A stretch of DNA of 64,000 bases, taken from Phycisphaerae bacterium. GTDB lineage: Bacteria; Planctomycetota; Phycisphaerae; UBA1845; Fen-1342. Below the pieces are notes generated by a model that saw nothing but the letters and a program-made list of their open reading frames with translations, did not search any database and was not told the origin of the DNA. Positions 32,958 to 42,836 of the stretch are shown piece after piece (positions within the stretch are counted from its first letter, which is position 1; every line of letters starts with the position of its first letter). The translations under genes were made by a program, and so were the position numbers. Location: positions 416,001 to 480,000 of the forward strand of contig CAXXWX010000026.1 of assembly GCA_963675745.2 (NCBI GenBank), given 5' to 3'.

Positions 32958-33632
32958 CACCGCCCCGAAGGGGCGCGGGCACTTGGCCACGGGTGGAGCG
33001 AAGCGCAACCCGTGGGCATGAGTCGCCACCCCGTGATTTCCGCCCCGCAGGGGCGGGGGAGCGCCTGTTCATCCGACGAGATAGCGCTCGTCATACTCCA
33101 CGCCGTGAGCCTCCAGCAACGCCCGCAGTTCGTCCACGAATCCCTGACGCCGATGATGAGACGCTTGACCACGAATGTACCGCTGCACCGTCTCGAATTG
33201 TGAAGGACTGACGGTGAACGCCGCGTAGCCCTCCTGCCAGGCGAAGCCGCGCATCGTTGAGAACGTTGTGTGCACCCAGCGCGAGGAGTTCGCTTTCAGC
33301 CGACGCATGAGCGTCGCGAGCGCTTCATCCGCACGCCATTGGATCAGCAGGTGAACATGGTCGGCCACGCCGCCGATCTCGTGTGCAATACCACGTTCGC
33401 TGCGAATGGTGCCGCCGAGGTAATCGTACAGCCGCGGCTGCAACTCAGCGGCGATCGCGTTGGCGCGGTGCTTGGTGCTGAAGACGATGTGGTAGAGCAA
33501 TCGTGTGTAGGTTCCTGGCACGGGCGCCTCCCCCGCCCCTTCGGGGCGGAATGGTGGTTGGGGACGCATCGTATCCACGGGTTACGCTGCGCTCCACCCG
33601 TGGCCATGCGCCCCCGCCCCTGTCGGGGCGGG
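32958..33632 (-). mobile_element. IS200/RAYT-like Y1 element with ~105-bp three-hairpin inverted ends
   Basis: Ends 32958-33061 and 33528-33632 are imperfect inverted repeats enclosing tnpA. Confidence 0.85.
33069..33521 (-). CDS. tnpA: IS200/IS605-family (Y1 HUH) transposase
   Basis: YHIVFSTKHR, HUH motif DHVHLL, FAWQEGY, catalytic YIRGQ; GTG start. Confidence 0.93.
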   Translation of the reverse strand: MPGTYTRLLYHIVFSTKHRANAIAAELQPRLYDYLGGTIRSERGIAHEIGGVADHVHLLIQWRADEALATLMRRLKANSSRWVHTTFSTMRGFAWQEGYAAFTVSPSQFETVQRYIRGQASHHRRQGFVDELRALLEAHGVEYDERYLVG

Positions 33633-33710
33633 ATCGGTGTCCGACAGGCTCACGGGCTACAAGCGGCGCGGGCGCTTCAACCCACAAGCTTCGAATAGTG
33701 CGACGTGTGC

Positions 33711-33992
33711 CACCGCCCCGAAGGGGCGCAGGCGCTTAGCCACGGGTGGAGCGAAGCGCAACTCGTGGGTATGAGTCGCCGCCTCCCGTAATCTCCGCCC
33801 CGGGAGGGGCGGGGGAGCGCCTGTTCATCCGACAAGATAGCGCTCGTCATACTCCACGCCGTGAGCCTCCAGCAACGCCCGCGGCGCCTCCCGCGCCCTT
33901 TCAGGGCGGAACGGCGGTTGGGGGCACATCCCATCCACGGGCTGCGCTGCGCTCCACCCGTGGCCATGCGCCGGCGCCCCTGTCGGGGCGGG
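33711..33992 (-). mobile_element. non-autonomous internally deleted copy (MITE-like) of the adjacent Y1 element
   Basis: Both ends retained plus only the last ~57 bp of tnpA (33825-33882, encoding RALLEAHGVEYDERYLVG*). Confidence 0.85.
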
Positions 33993-34109
33993 GTGCTCCA
34001 CAACACCGAGCCGGTACAGTGCGGCGGCAGATCTTTCTGCGCTCGACCTACTCTGCAGCGCTGCTCGAAAGCGCTGGATTACAGACGGCCGAGCGTGTGA
34101 AATACGGGC

Positions 34110-35462
34110 ATGATTGATGACTTCGCAAATCGGCGCGTGACCGTGATGGGGCTCGGCGGCTTTGGCGGCGGCGTGGGTGTGACGCGCTGGCTGGTTGGGC
34201 GTGGCGCCAGCGTGACGGTGACCGATCTGGCCGAACCGGAGAAGCTCGCGGAGTCTCTCGCCGCAATCGCCGACCTTGACGTGACGCTGCATCTGGGCGG
34301 GCATGAGGAGGCGGACTTTCGCGACGCCGATCTGCTCGTCGTGAATCCCGCCGTCCCGCCCAACGTGCCATTCCTGCAAGTCGCCCGCGACGCCGGCGTA
34401 CCCATCACCACCGAAGTCAATCTCTTCGTCGAGCGTTGCCCCGCAACATGCGTCGGCGTCACCGGCTCGGTCGGCAAGAGCACGATCACCGCGATGACCG
34501 GCCACGTGCTTGAAAACGCTCAGCGCGAGCGGCGCGTCTGGGTCGGCGGCAACATTGGCCGCTCGCTGCTCGACGCCCTGCCGCAGATGGGCCGCGACGA
34601 TCTCGTTGTGCTGGAGCTATCCAGTTTTCAGCTTCATTGGACGCCATTGGTCAAATGGAGCCCGCACGTCGCCGTCGTCACGAACATCACGCCCAACCAC
34701 CTCGACTGGCATGGCACTTTCGCGGCGTATGTCGCGGACAAGCTCAATCTGCTGCGCTTTCAGGCCCCCGCGCGCGACGTAATTGTCATCGAGGATGTGC
34801 CGGACCTTAAACAGCATGTCGAATCGGCCGCCGACGAATCGGCTCCCGTGTGGCGTTACACTGCCGACGCTGACGACCTGTCTGCGATCAACCGGGCCGG
34901 GCAGCGACTGCGCTGGAAGGATGTGCGACCGGCCATCCCCGGTCAACACAACCGCCGCAATGCCGCCGCCGCTCTGACCGTCGCCGCCACACTGGGTATT
35001 GACCTGGATCGGGCGATCGCGGCGTTGGGTTCGTTTGAAGGATTGCCGCACCGGCTGCGGCGTGTCGCGATTATCAACGGTGTGACCTACTACGATGATT
35101 CCAAGTCCACTACGCCCGAGGCGGTTATCACGGCATTGAACGCGATCGACGGCCCGATCCTGTTGATCCTCGGCGGCTACGATAAAAGGACCGATCTGAC
35201 GCCGGCGATCGAGGCCGCCGCCCGGCGCGTCAAGTTCACGGCGTGCATCGGCCAGACCGGCCGCGGGCTGGCCGCCGCCCTGCGCGCGCGCGGCGCGGCA
35301 ACCGAGCTGTATGATGAGCTCACCGCGGCGGTCGCCGCCTGCCAGGCCCACGCCGTCGACGGGGACGTCATACTTCTGTCTCCAGGCTGCGCATCGTGGG
35401 ACATGTTCAAGGACTATCGTGACCGCGGTGAGACGTTCGCCCGCTGCGCCCGCGGCTCGTGA
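34110..35462 (+). CDS. murD: UDP-N-acetylmuramoyl-L-alanine--D-glutamate ligase
   Basis: GVTGSVGKST, GGNIG, LELSSFQL, NHLDWH, GLPHRL, DDSKST, LSPGCASWDMF. Confidence 0.95.
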   Translation: MIDDFANRRVTVMGLGGFGGGVGVTRWLVGRGASVTVTDLAEPEKLAESLAAIADLDVTLHLGGHEEADFRDADLLVVNPAVPPNVPFLQVARDAGVPITTEVNLFVERCPATCVGVTGSVGKSTITAMTGHVLENAQRERRVWVGGNIGRSLLDALPQMGRDDLVVLELSSFQLHWTPLVKWSPHVAVVTNITPNHLDWHGTFAAYVADKLNLLRFQAPARDVIVIEDVPDLKQHVESAADESAPVWRYTADADDLSAINRAGQRLRWKDVRPAIPGQHNRRNAAAALTVAATLGIDLDRAIAALGSFEGLPHRLRRVAIINGVTYYDDSKSTTPEAVITALNAIDGPILLILGGYDKRTDLTPAIEAAARRVKFTACIGQTGRGLAAALRARGAATELYDELTAAVAACQAHAVDGDVILLSPGCASWDMFKDYRDRGETFARCARGS

Positions 35463-35563
35463 AACCCGCCTAGGATTGCCCGCCGGCGCCGCCGCGCGTT
35501 ATAGTCTCAACCTGCTGTGTGATCACCGCGCAACAGAGCCCAGACGATGTGGGAGATACTGCA

Positions 35564-36413
35564 ATGTATGGACGGTTGATTCTTGGCTCGTGGGCCGTTC
35601 TGGCGCTGCACGCCGGTGTGGCGTGGGCCTCCGACGATGTCAGCGTGGCGCTTTACAAAATCACCGAGGTGCGCGAGACCAAGCTGATCAAGGATGACGG
35701 CGAAAGCATGACTTTCAGCTTTAGCGGCGCCAAGCCGGGATTGACGCTGACACTCGAACTCTCCGGCACCGTCGCCGCATCGGCGTCACACTACGGCCAC
35801 ATCAAGCTCGATAGCGCCAAAGACGATCAGGGCACCGCGGTGGAGTTGCGCACCGGCGGCTTCTCCATGAATGATCCGGTCAAGGAATTCGTGCGCATCG
35901 ATCGCAGCCAGATGTTCTTCGGCCGTGACGAAGAGGCGCGCAAGGACAGGCTGGAAATCGAAATCCCGCTGGAGCTGCCGGCGCGCAAGGCCGAGCGGCT
36001 CGCGGTCGTCGAAGGCACGCTCAAGCTGCGCGGCGGCGAAACGAAAGACGTTCTGCTAGCGAATGTGCGCGGCAAACCCGGCACGGTGCTCGAGAACAAG
36101 CTGCTCGAGGAGTCCGGCCTGAAAGTGCGCATCGCCAAGGCCGGCGACGGGATGCAACCGGACGACCCCGCCAAGGCGGTTTCAATCGACGTTAAGGGCA
36201 AGCTGGGGGCGCTGCTCAAGGTCGAGCTGGTGAGGCGCGGAGGGAGATGTGCTCAACGCGTCATCGATGTGGTTCGGCAGCGACGGACGCCGCACGTATA
36301 CGCTGGAAGCCGATGACAAGCTCGCCGACGACGTTCAGCTCAAGCTGACCGTGGTGCCGGACCTGCACGAGATCGAGGTGCCCTTTCAGCTCAAAGATGT
36401 GAAACTGCCCTGA
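35564..36413 (+). pseudogene. exported hypothetical protein with a +1 frameshift near 36233 (real or assembly error)
   Basis: Signal peptide from ATG 35564; natural-looking C-terminus GAEGDVLN...EVPFQLKDVKLP* lies in the shifted frame 36234-36413. Confidence 0.7.
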
Positions 36414-36471
36414 GCGCCGGCGCCGGGCCGGACGCTCGCCCGGTTTCAACAACAGTCCGTTGCCCACAGGC

Positions 36472-36565
36472 GGGTGGGGCGGGCGTCCCGCCCGCTTATG
36501 TACTGCTTTCGTCGAAGTCGGGCGAGACGCCCGACCCACCCCAACCGAGACGCCCGACCCACCCC
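36472..36565. repeat. REP family E doublet with partial duplication
   Basis: GGTGGGGCGGGCGTCCCGCCCGC ... GTCGGGCGAGACGCCCGACCCACC; related to the flhF insertion. Confidence 0.7.
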
Positions 36566-36601
36566 GACAGTGTAAGCCACCGCGTCATTACTGAAACCGC
36601 T

Positions 36602-37267
36602 CTAGTCGATGAAGCTGCCGGCGCGAAGTCGGCGTCGCACCGCGCGCACCTGTTCCACGTTGCGCAGCGCATCCTGAAGCTCGTCGATCCGCGCGATCGG
36701 ACCGGTGACGCGCAGTTTGCCCAGGTAGATGGAGTCTCCGCGAAAGATGTTCCACCGCTCGCACACGAGCCCCATCGAGCGCACCAACTCCTCGATATGC
36801 TGGCCGGCTTCGCGCGTCGGCTCCAACTTGAGCTCAAAACGCGCCGTCGTGCGCCAGCGACTCATCCACTGTTCGACGTGAGCCAGCCCAAAGAGGATTG
36901 CCACCACAAACACCGTCGCAACGGCGCCCACCAGAAACAGCCCCGCGCCGAAGGCCATGCCCACGCTGGCCACCGCCCAGATGGTGGCGGCAGTGGTCAG
37001 GCCGATTACCTGGCCGCGAGATTGGATAATGGCCCCGGCGCCGAGAAAACCAACGCCCGTGACCACCTGCGCGGCGATGCGACCCGGATCGCTGATACCG
37101 GTGGTGGCGGCGACTCTCTCGGAGATCAGTGTGAAAACCGCCGCTCCGAGGCAGATAAGAGTGTTGGTGCGAAAGCCGGCGGGCTTGTCATGTAACTCGC
37201 GCTCGTAACCAATCAGCGCTCCGGCCACGGCCGCCGCCAAGAGCCGCAGAAGATCGGCCGGTTCCAT
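36602..37267 (-). CDS. MgtC/SapB family membrane protein
   Basis: GALIGYERE..KPAGFRT, DPGRIAAQVVTGVGFLGAG, GLTTAATIW. Confidence 0.92.
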   Translation of the reverse strand: MEPADLLRLLAAAVAGALIGYERELHDKPAGFRTNTLICLGAAVFTLISERVAATTGISDPGRIAAQVVTGVGFLGAGAIIQSRGQVIGLTTAATIWAVASVGMAFGAGLFLVGAVATVFVVAILFGLAHVEQWMSRWRTTARFELKLEPTREAGQHIEELVRSMGLVCERWNIFRGDSIYLGKLRVTGPIARIDELQDALRNVEQVRAVRRRLRAGSFID

Positions 37268-37358
37268 ACCCGTGTCACCTCGCAAAGAGTCCAGGTTCAG
37301 TGCCGTGGCGAATTATAGCGGCGAATCGCGCACATTTACACGGCGTCAGGCGTGCTGC

Positions 37359-37386
37359 TTGACGGCGCTAGGGCCGGCGATAAACT
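37359..37386 (+). promoter_or_regulatory. sigma70-type promoter for tRNA-Arg
   Basis: TTGACG-N16-TAAACT ending 24 nt before the tRNA. Confidence 0.6.
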
Positions 37387-37410
37387 GCATGGTCCGGGCA
37401 GGATTTCGCG

Positions 37411-37484
<74 letters not shown>

Positions 37485-37608
37485 CTTCCCGACCGCCAAT
37501 GCGCGACTCAGACAACACGGCACGCGCTGTGCGCCGGCGACATCTTGTCGGCGAAACGTCCCCCTGTCGTCTGCCACTCACGCACAATCCACGATAGCAT
37601 GCGCGTTG

Positions 37609-39603
37609 ATGTCAGATACACCATCAGATTCACAGGAGCCGGCACCGCCGGCTGAGCCGCCGAGCGAGCCCCGCGCGGACATCGCTGACGCGGAAGTTAC
37701 GTCGGACGCCGATAGCGCGCCGACGGACGCCGCGCCCCCGGTGTTCGCCGATGTCTGGTCACGCACGGAACCGCGTTACCGCGTGCGCGCGTTTGTACTG
37801 CTGGTAGTCAACTTCATACTCTTCTGCGGCCTGTGCGTTTTCACGCATTGGCTACACTCGGCCAAGCTGTTCAGCTTCTCGTACGAGAGCTACATCTACC
37901 CCTTCCGGTTCTGGGGGCCAGAAACCCAGAGCCTCAATGACTTCCTGCTCGCGCCGATCAATGTGGTGCAGACGCCGATCCATGGCGTCGTGCTCGGACT
38001 GCTGGTCGCGTCAATCGTCGCCGTGCCGATTGTGGTGGCGATGCTCTACCGCTTTCCCGCGTCGGTACCGTTCGCGGCCGCAATCGCGGTGTTCGCACAC
38101 ATGCCGTGGATGGGCGTGACGCTGATGGCCGGCTGTGTTCTGGCGTCGCTGAAGCCGTTTAGATTGAGCTTTCGTTATGGCTCAGCCTTGCTGGGACTGT
38201 TACCCGTGCTGCTCTATCTGTACATGGCGACACGCGTCTCACCCGATCAATTGGGCATGTATTCGACACCCGAGCAACGTACCTGGCTGATTGCCCCATG
38301 GATTGTGGCGATTCTGGCGGCGGCCGCCATGCTGGGGCTGATCCTGCTGATCTCTTGGATCGTGAATTACCGCCCGGGTGCGGTTGCCCCGGTGCTGGCC
38401 GGAGCTTTGTTGCTGCCGAGCGTGATCTTCCACACACAGGTGGGCAGCGACGAGCTTGCCTACCGCGTGATCGAGGCCAACTATGGGCCGCGCTCGCCGC
38501 GCTTCAAGCCGGTCGAAGATGTTGGCACGGAAATAGTCCTTCTGATCCGGCAGTACCAGTTGCAGCCGGGTGATGTGATGCGGGCCTTGAAGGAAGGGTT
38601 GGGTGGCTTTCGCCGTCGTGCGATCCGGCACTACATGATCGAGCTGTTACAGGACCGCAGCGCCGCCAACCAGGCCTGCGAACGCTTCATCGTCGAGCAC
38701 CCGACCAGCCGGTACATTCCGTGCGTGTTGTATGTGCAGGCGCGCGCGTTGGACACGCGCCTGGCCGAGGAATCGCTGCTGCCCATGCACGCCGATTCCC
38801 TGCCGGTCCGCGAACTCTACACCGACTTCCCCCACCCCCAGTCAGAGCGCGCCTGGTCGGTGTTGTGGAATCAGTACGCCGACTCGCCGCTGGCCGTGGT
38901 GGCGGCGGTGCGCCTGGCGGAATTGCACGTGCGCCGCGGAGAAGTGGACGCGGCGCTGCTGCGCCTGCTGCCGGTGGTGAACCGCGCCCAGGCGTTTGCG
39001 CCGGTGCTGCCCACGACGACCCAGCCGTCATGGCGCGGCCTGCTGGCGTCCGCGCCGGCCGAGGCAAGCCTGGAGATCGAGCCCGAGCCCTATCTGCGTG
39101 ACGCGCGCGGCCTGCACCGACTCATAACCCTAAACCGCAACGATCCGAAGTACGCCGACGAGCCCTTGATCGCCTATCACAAGCTGAACGCCCGCCGCGC
39201 CGGATATCGCGCACAGTTGCTGGTGCTCATGGAGCAATTCCCCGACAGCTTCATGTACGACAACCTGCTGGAGGCCTGGGCCAGTTCGGCACCGGAGATC
39301 GATGAGCGTGCCTGGCTGCTCGAAGGCTGCATCGCACGCCTTCCCACCGGTGACCACTTTCCGAACGGTAAACCCATCGCCGACGCGTGGCGCGACGCGC
39401 TGCCCGAGGCGCTGTACCATCTCGCCGGGCTCGAGATCCAGGCCCTGCGCGAGAAGGATCCCGCGGCGCGCGCCCGCGGCATTGCGCGGCTGCGCGAGCT
39501 CATCAATCAGCACGGACGGACAATCTGGGCGCTGCGCGCCGCTGACGACCTCGCCCGGCTCGAACCCGGACCGCCTGATGTTCCCGAAACGGAGTCACCG
39601 TGA
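37609..39603 (+). CDS. multi-TM membrane protein with C-terminal TPR/BamD-like helical region
   Basis: Several N-terminal TM helices; FIVEHPTSRY, QYADSPLA, EQFPDS repeats. Confidence 0.75.
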   Translation: MSDTPSDSQEPAPPAEPPSEPRADIADAEVTSDADSAPTDAAPPVFADVWSRTEPRYRVRAFVLLVVNFILFCGLCVFTHWLHSAKLFSFSYESYIYPFRFWGPETQSLNDFLLAPINVVQTPIHGVVLGLLVASIVAVPIVVAMLYRFPASVPFAAAIAVFAHMPWMGVTLMAGCVLASLKPFRLSFRYGSALLGLLPVLLYLYMATRVSPDQLGMYSTPEQRTWLIAPWIVAILAAAAMLGLILLISWIVNYRPGAVAPVLAGALLLPSVIFHTQVGSDELAYRVIEANYGPRSPRFKPVEDVGTEIVLLIRQYQLQPGDVMRALKEGLGGFRRRAIRHYMIELLQDRSAANQACERFIVEHPTSRYIPCVLYVQARALDTRLAEESLLPMHADSLPVRELYTDFPHPQSERAWSVLWNQYADSPLAVVAAVRLAELHVRRGEVDAALLRLLPVVNRAQAFAPVLPTTTQPSWRGLLASAPAEASLEIEPEPYLRDARGLHRLITLNRNDPKYADEPLIAYHKLNARRAGYRAQLLVLMEQFPDSFMYDNLLEAWASSAPEIDERAWLLEGCIARLPTGDHFPNGKPIADAWRDALPEALYHLAGLEIQALREKDPAARARGIARLRELINQHGRTIWALRAADDLARLEPGPPDVPETESP

Positions 39604-40193
39604 AGCAGATAGTAATGGCCATCACGGGAGCGAGCGGCGCGCCGTATGCGCGCCGGCTGGTCGAGTGTCTCGCCAACGCCGACGCACACGTACACCTAGT
39701 GATCTCGCCGCACGGTCGTGAACTGCTCGGCCAGGAGCTGGGTATCCGCCGGCCGACCGCCGAAGCGCTCGCGGGTCGCGCCGCGGCCAACATCACGGAA
39801 CACGCATACAACAACCTCGGCGCCGCGATCGCGAGCGGCTCACTGATTACCGACGGCATGGTGGTCTGCCCGTGCAGCAGCAACACGCTGGGGGCAATCG
39901 CGGGCGGGCTCGCCGACAACCTGATCACGCGCGCCGCGGCCGTAACGCTCAAGGAAGCCCGCCGATTGGTGATCGTACCCCGCGAGATGCCCGTGAGTCA
40001 GATCGAGCTGGCGAACATGCTGCGACTCAGCCAGGCCGGCGCGGTCATTTGTCCGGCGAGCCCCGGTTTCTATCTACGGCCCGCAAACATCGACGCGCTG
40101 GTGGATTTCGTGGTCGGCAAAGTCCTCGACCTGCTCGCTGTTGGCCACGACCTGGACACGCGCTGGGAACCGGGTTCAGCGGACGATCGCTGA
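39600..40193 (+). CDS. ubiX: flavin prenyltransferase
   Basis: ITGASGAPY, IASGS, PCSSNTL, NLITRAA.VTLKE.R, PREMP, PASPGFY. Confidence 0.93.
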   Translation: MKQIVMAITGASGAPYARRLVECLANADAHVHLVISPHGRELLGQELGIRRPTAEALAGRAAANITEHAYNNLGAAIASGSLITDGMVVCPCSSNTLGAIAGGLADNLITRAAAVTLKEARRLVIVPREMPVSQIELANMLRLSQAGAVICPASPGFYLRPANIDALVDFVVGKVLDLLAVGHDLDTRWEPGSADDR

Positions 40194-40200
40194 GTTTGTC

Positions 40201-41082
40201 ATGTCACAAATGATCGCGACGATGCGAACGTGGGGCGAAATGGTCAAGTTCGCCCATTCCGTCTTCGCCCTGCCATTCGCGTTGTTTGCAATGTTCCTGG
40301 CGGCGGCGCCCGCGCGGCCCTCGTTGTCGCAGTTCGCTCTGATCGTCATTTGCATGGTGACCGCCCGCAGCGCGGCCATGACGTTCAACCGGATCGTTGA
40401 TGCGCGTCTTGACGCGCTTAACCCGCGCACCGCCGATCGGTCGATTCCCGCCGGACTGATCACGCCGCGCGCCGCCTGGGCGTTCTTTGTCGCCAGCGCG
40501 GCGGGCTTCGTTGTCACCTGCGTTGGCTTTCTGTTGCTGCACGATAATCTCTGGCCATTAGCGCTGAGTGTTCCGGTATTGGCGTATCTGTGCTTTTATT
40601 CACTCACCAAGCGTTTCACGCGCTGGTCACACATCATCCTGGGATCCGGGATTGCCTTGTCGCCGGTCGCGGCGTGGATCGCGATCAGCCCGGACACGCT
40701 GGGGCTGGCGGCGTGGCTGTTGATGGCGGCCGTCGCCTCCTGGATCGGCGGCTTTGATCTGATCTACGCCTGCCAGGACGTCGCCTGCGACCGGCAGTTG
40801 GGGCTGCACAGCGTGCCGGCCAGCATGGGAGTCGGCGCCGCTCTGTGGCTGGCGCGGGTCCTCCATGTCATTACCGTCGCCGCGCTGGCCGCCGTCGGCA
40901 TCACGGCCCAACTTGGCGGGCTGTACTTCGCCGGTGTTGTCGGCGTTGCGCTCCTGCTGATCATCGAAAACGCGCTGGTCAGCCCGCAAAACCTGAGTCG
41001 CGTTAACCTGGCGTTCTTCACCGTCAACGGCATCGTCGGAGTCGTGTTTGGTGCCGTCGGCATTGTCGACGTGGTGCTGTGA
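40201..41082 (+). CDS. ubiA: UbiA-family polyprenyltransferase (MqnP-like)
   Basis: KFAHSVFALPFA, ARSAAMTFNRIVD..D..NPRT..R.IP, FDLIYACQD. Confidence 0.88.
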   Translation: MSQMIATMRTWGEMVKFAHSVFALPFALFAMFLAAAPARPSLSQFALIVICMVTARSAAMTFNRIVDARLDALNPRTADRSIPAGLITPRAAWAFFVASAAGFVVTCVGFLLLHDNLWPLALSVPVLAYLCFYSLTKRFTRWSHIILGSGIALSPVAAWIAISPDTLGLAAWLLMAAVASWIGGFDLIYACQDVACDRQLGLHSVPASMGVGAALWLARVLHVITVAALAAVGITAQLGGLYFAGVVGVALLLIIENALVSPQNLSRVNLAFFTVNGIVGVVFGAVGIVDVVL

Positions 41083-42836
41083 TGACGACCGGATCGAAGA
41101 CACCCCGCCGCACGGGTCACACCAGGCGGCGTAGTCAGGTCTGGAAGGTGCTCGTTCTGTGGATGCTCGCGATGGCACCCTTGCTGCGCTGGGGGCTGCC
41201 GACCAGCCGGCACGACGATCTGCTCTTCGGCGGCCCGAGCTGGGAAGCTGAGCAATACGCGGTCGACGAGGCTCTCGCCGCGCTGCGCGCGCGTGATGCC
41301 GGCGCGGACACCGACCTCAACGCGCTCGAGCCGTCCGCCGAGTTGATCAACCTCACGGCGGACCACGCCGGCCGCGCGGAAATCCTCCAGCGCTACCGCC
41401 TCTACTCGCGCCAGCCTGATGAGATGATCACATTCAGAGCATTGCAGCGGATGGACCCACGCCGCTTCGATTTTGATCCCAAGCTCTATCAGTATGGCGG
41501 TGGCTACATCTATCTCGTTGCCGCCGCCCTGGTCACGACTGCGATGCTGGGGATAACACAGCTCAGCGGTGACATCGGGATCTATCTGCAAAGCCCGGAG
41601 CTGTTTGCGCGCTTTTACGTCGTCGCGCGGTGCATCTCGCTGGTTTTTGGCGCGCTGATGTTGCTGGCGGTATATAAGCTGGCCACGCGCGCCGCCGGCC
41701 GTGGCGCGGGATGGGTCGCGCTGATCCTGTGCGCCGCCACGCCGGTCTTCATCTCCGACGCTCTCGAAGCCAAGCCTCACCTGCCGTCGGCGTGCATGGC
41801 GCTGTGGGCCGCGTGGTTCGCGCTGCGCTATCATGACCGCATGCGCCGCCGTGACGCGGTTCTGCTCGGCCTGACCGCCGGGTACGCCGCGGCGCTGGTT
41901 CTCACGGGTGTGGTTGTCGCGGCCTCCTGGCCCCTGCTGCTGATCGCGCTCTGGAAACGGTGTACGCACGGCTCCGATCGGTCACGGCTCTTCGTTGACC
42001 TTGCGATCTCTGTGGCGATCGCCGTCGGTGTTTACGCCGCGGCCAATCCATACGTGATTGCGAACTTGCTCGCCGGCGGCGCGCTGGGCAGCAATATGGC
42101 CAACTCGACCGCCATGTACAACATCGGGCAGATCCCTGCCGGCCTGGCCACAGTGACCCGGCTGCTGCTGGAAGCCGGCGGGCTGGGGCTTCTCCTGGCG
42201 GGCCTCGCCGGTTTCATCATCCTGGTCTACCGCCATGGCTGGCAGACACTCATCGCGGCAAGCGGCGGCGCCGTGTTGCTGCTTATCTGCGTGCTGCTCG
42301 GAGCCGGCAAACCGGCCGAATTCGCGCGGTTCCTGCTGCTGCCCACAGCGTTGTTGACGGTGGCCTCCGCCGGCTTGCTAGCGATGCTCGCCCGGCGCAG
42401 TGTGATCGCGACTCTGCTGGTCACGCTGCTCATCGGCGGCAGCTTGCGCACATCGGCATACGTACACTCGTTCATCGCGGACGCCGGGGTTACCGGCGAG
42501 TCGCGCTACCTGGCCGCCCAGTACCTGAGCGCTGCGGTGCCCGCCGACGCGACAATCGGCGTGGTGCAGGTTCCGGCGCCGTACTCCGTCCCCCCGCTGG
42601 ATTTCGCTCATCGTCGCATCGTGCTGGTCCCATCAGGGGACATGTCTCCCGAGACGCGCGGAGAGCTTCCCGAATGGCTCGTGCTCACGGCGGACGACGC
42701 AACGCGCCACCAAGCCGCGCCCTGGAGAGACTCATACGAGCTGACGCGGCAATTCGCAGCCGCCGAGCATCAGCGCAGCCCGATCACCTGGGCCAACAAG
42801 CCGGTGTTCGTCTACAAACTGAAGAACTCGCAGTAG
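41082..42836 (+). CDS. GT-C fold membrane glycosyltransferase (PMT_2/ArnT-like)
   Basis: QPDE loop motif, ARCISLVFG, multi-TM architecture. Confidence 0.7.
   Translation: MTTGSKTPRRTGHTRRRSQVWKVLVLWMLAMAPLLRWGLPTSRHDDLLFGGPSWEAEQYAVDEALAALRARDAGADTDLNALEPSAELINLTADHAGRAEILQRYRLYSRQPDEMITFRALQRMDPRRFDFDPKLYQYGGGYIYLVAAALVTTAMLGITQLSGDIGIYLQSPELFARFYVVARCISLVFGALMLLAVYKLATRAAGRGAGWVALILCAATPVFISDALEAKPHLPSACMALWAAWFALRYHDRMRRRDAVLLGLTAGYAAALVLTGVVVAASWPLLLIALWKRCTHGSDRSRLFVDLAISVAIAVGVYAAANPYVIANLLAGGALGSNMANSTAMYNIGQIPAGLATVTRLLLEAGGLGLLLAGLAGFIILVYRHGWQTLIAASGGAVLLLICVLLGAGKPAEFARFLLLPTALLTVASAGLLAMLARRSVIATLLVTLLIGGSLRTSAYVHSFIADAGVTGESRYLAAQYLSAAVPADATIGVVQVPAPYSVPPLDFAHRRIVLVPSGDMSPETRGELPEWLVLTADDATRHQAAPWRDSYELTRQFAAAEHQRSPITWANKPVFVYKLKNSQ

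Noticed and set aside
33825..33882. Second transposase gene
   Set aside because: Only the last ~18 codons remain; treated as part of the deleted element.
34110..35462. murD outside a dcw cluster in a planctomycete
   Set aside because: Peptidoglycan genes and fragmented dcw clusters are already known in this phylum.
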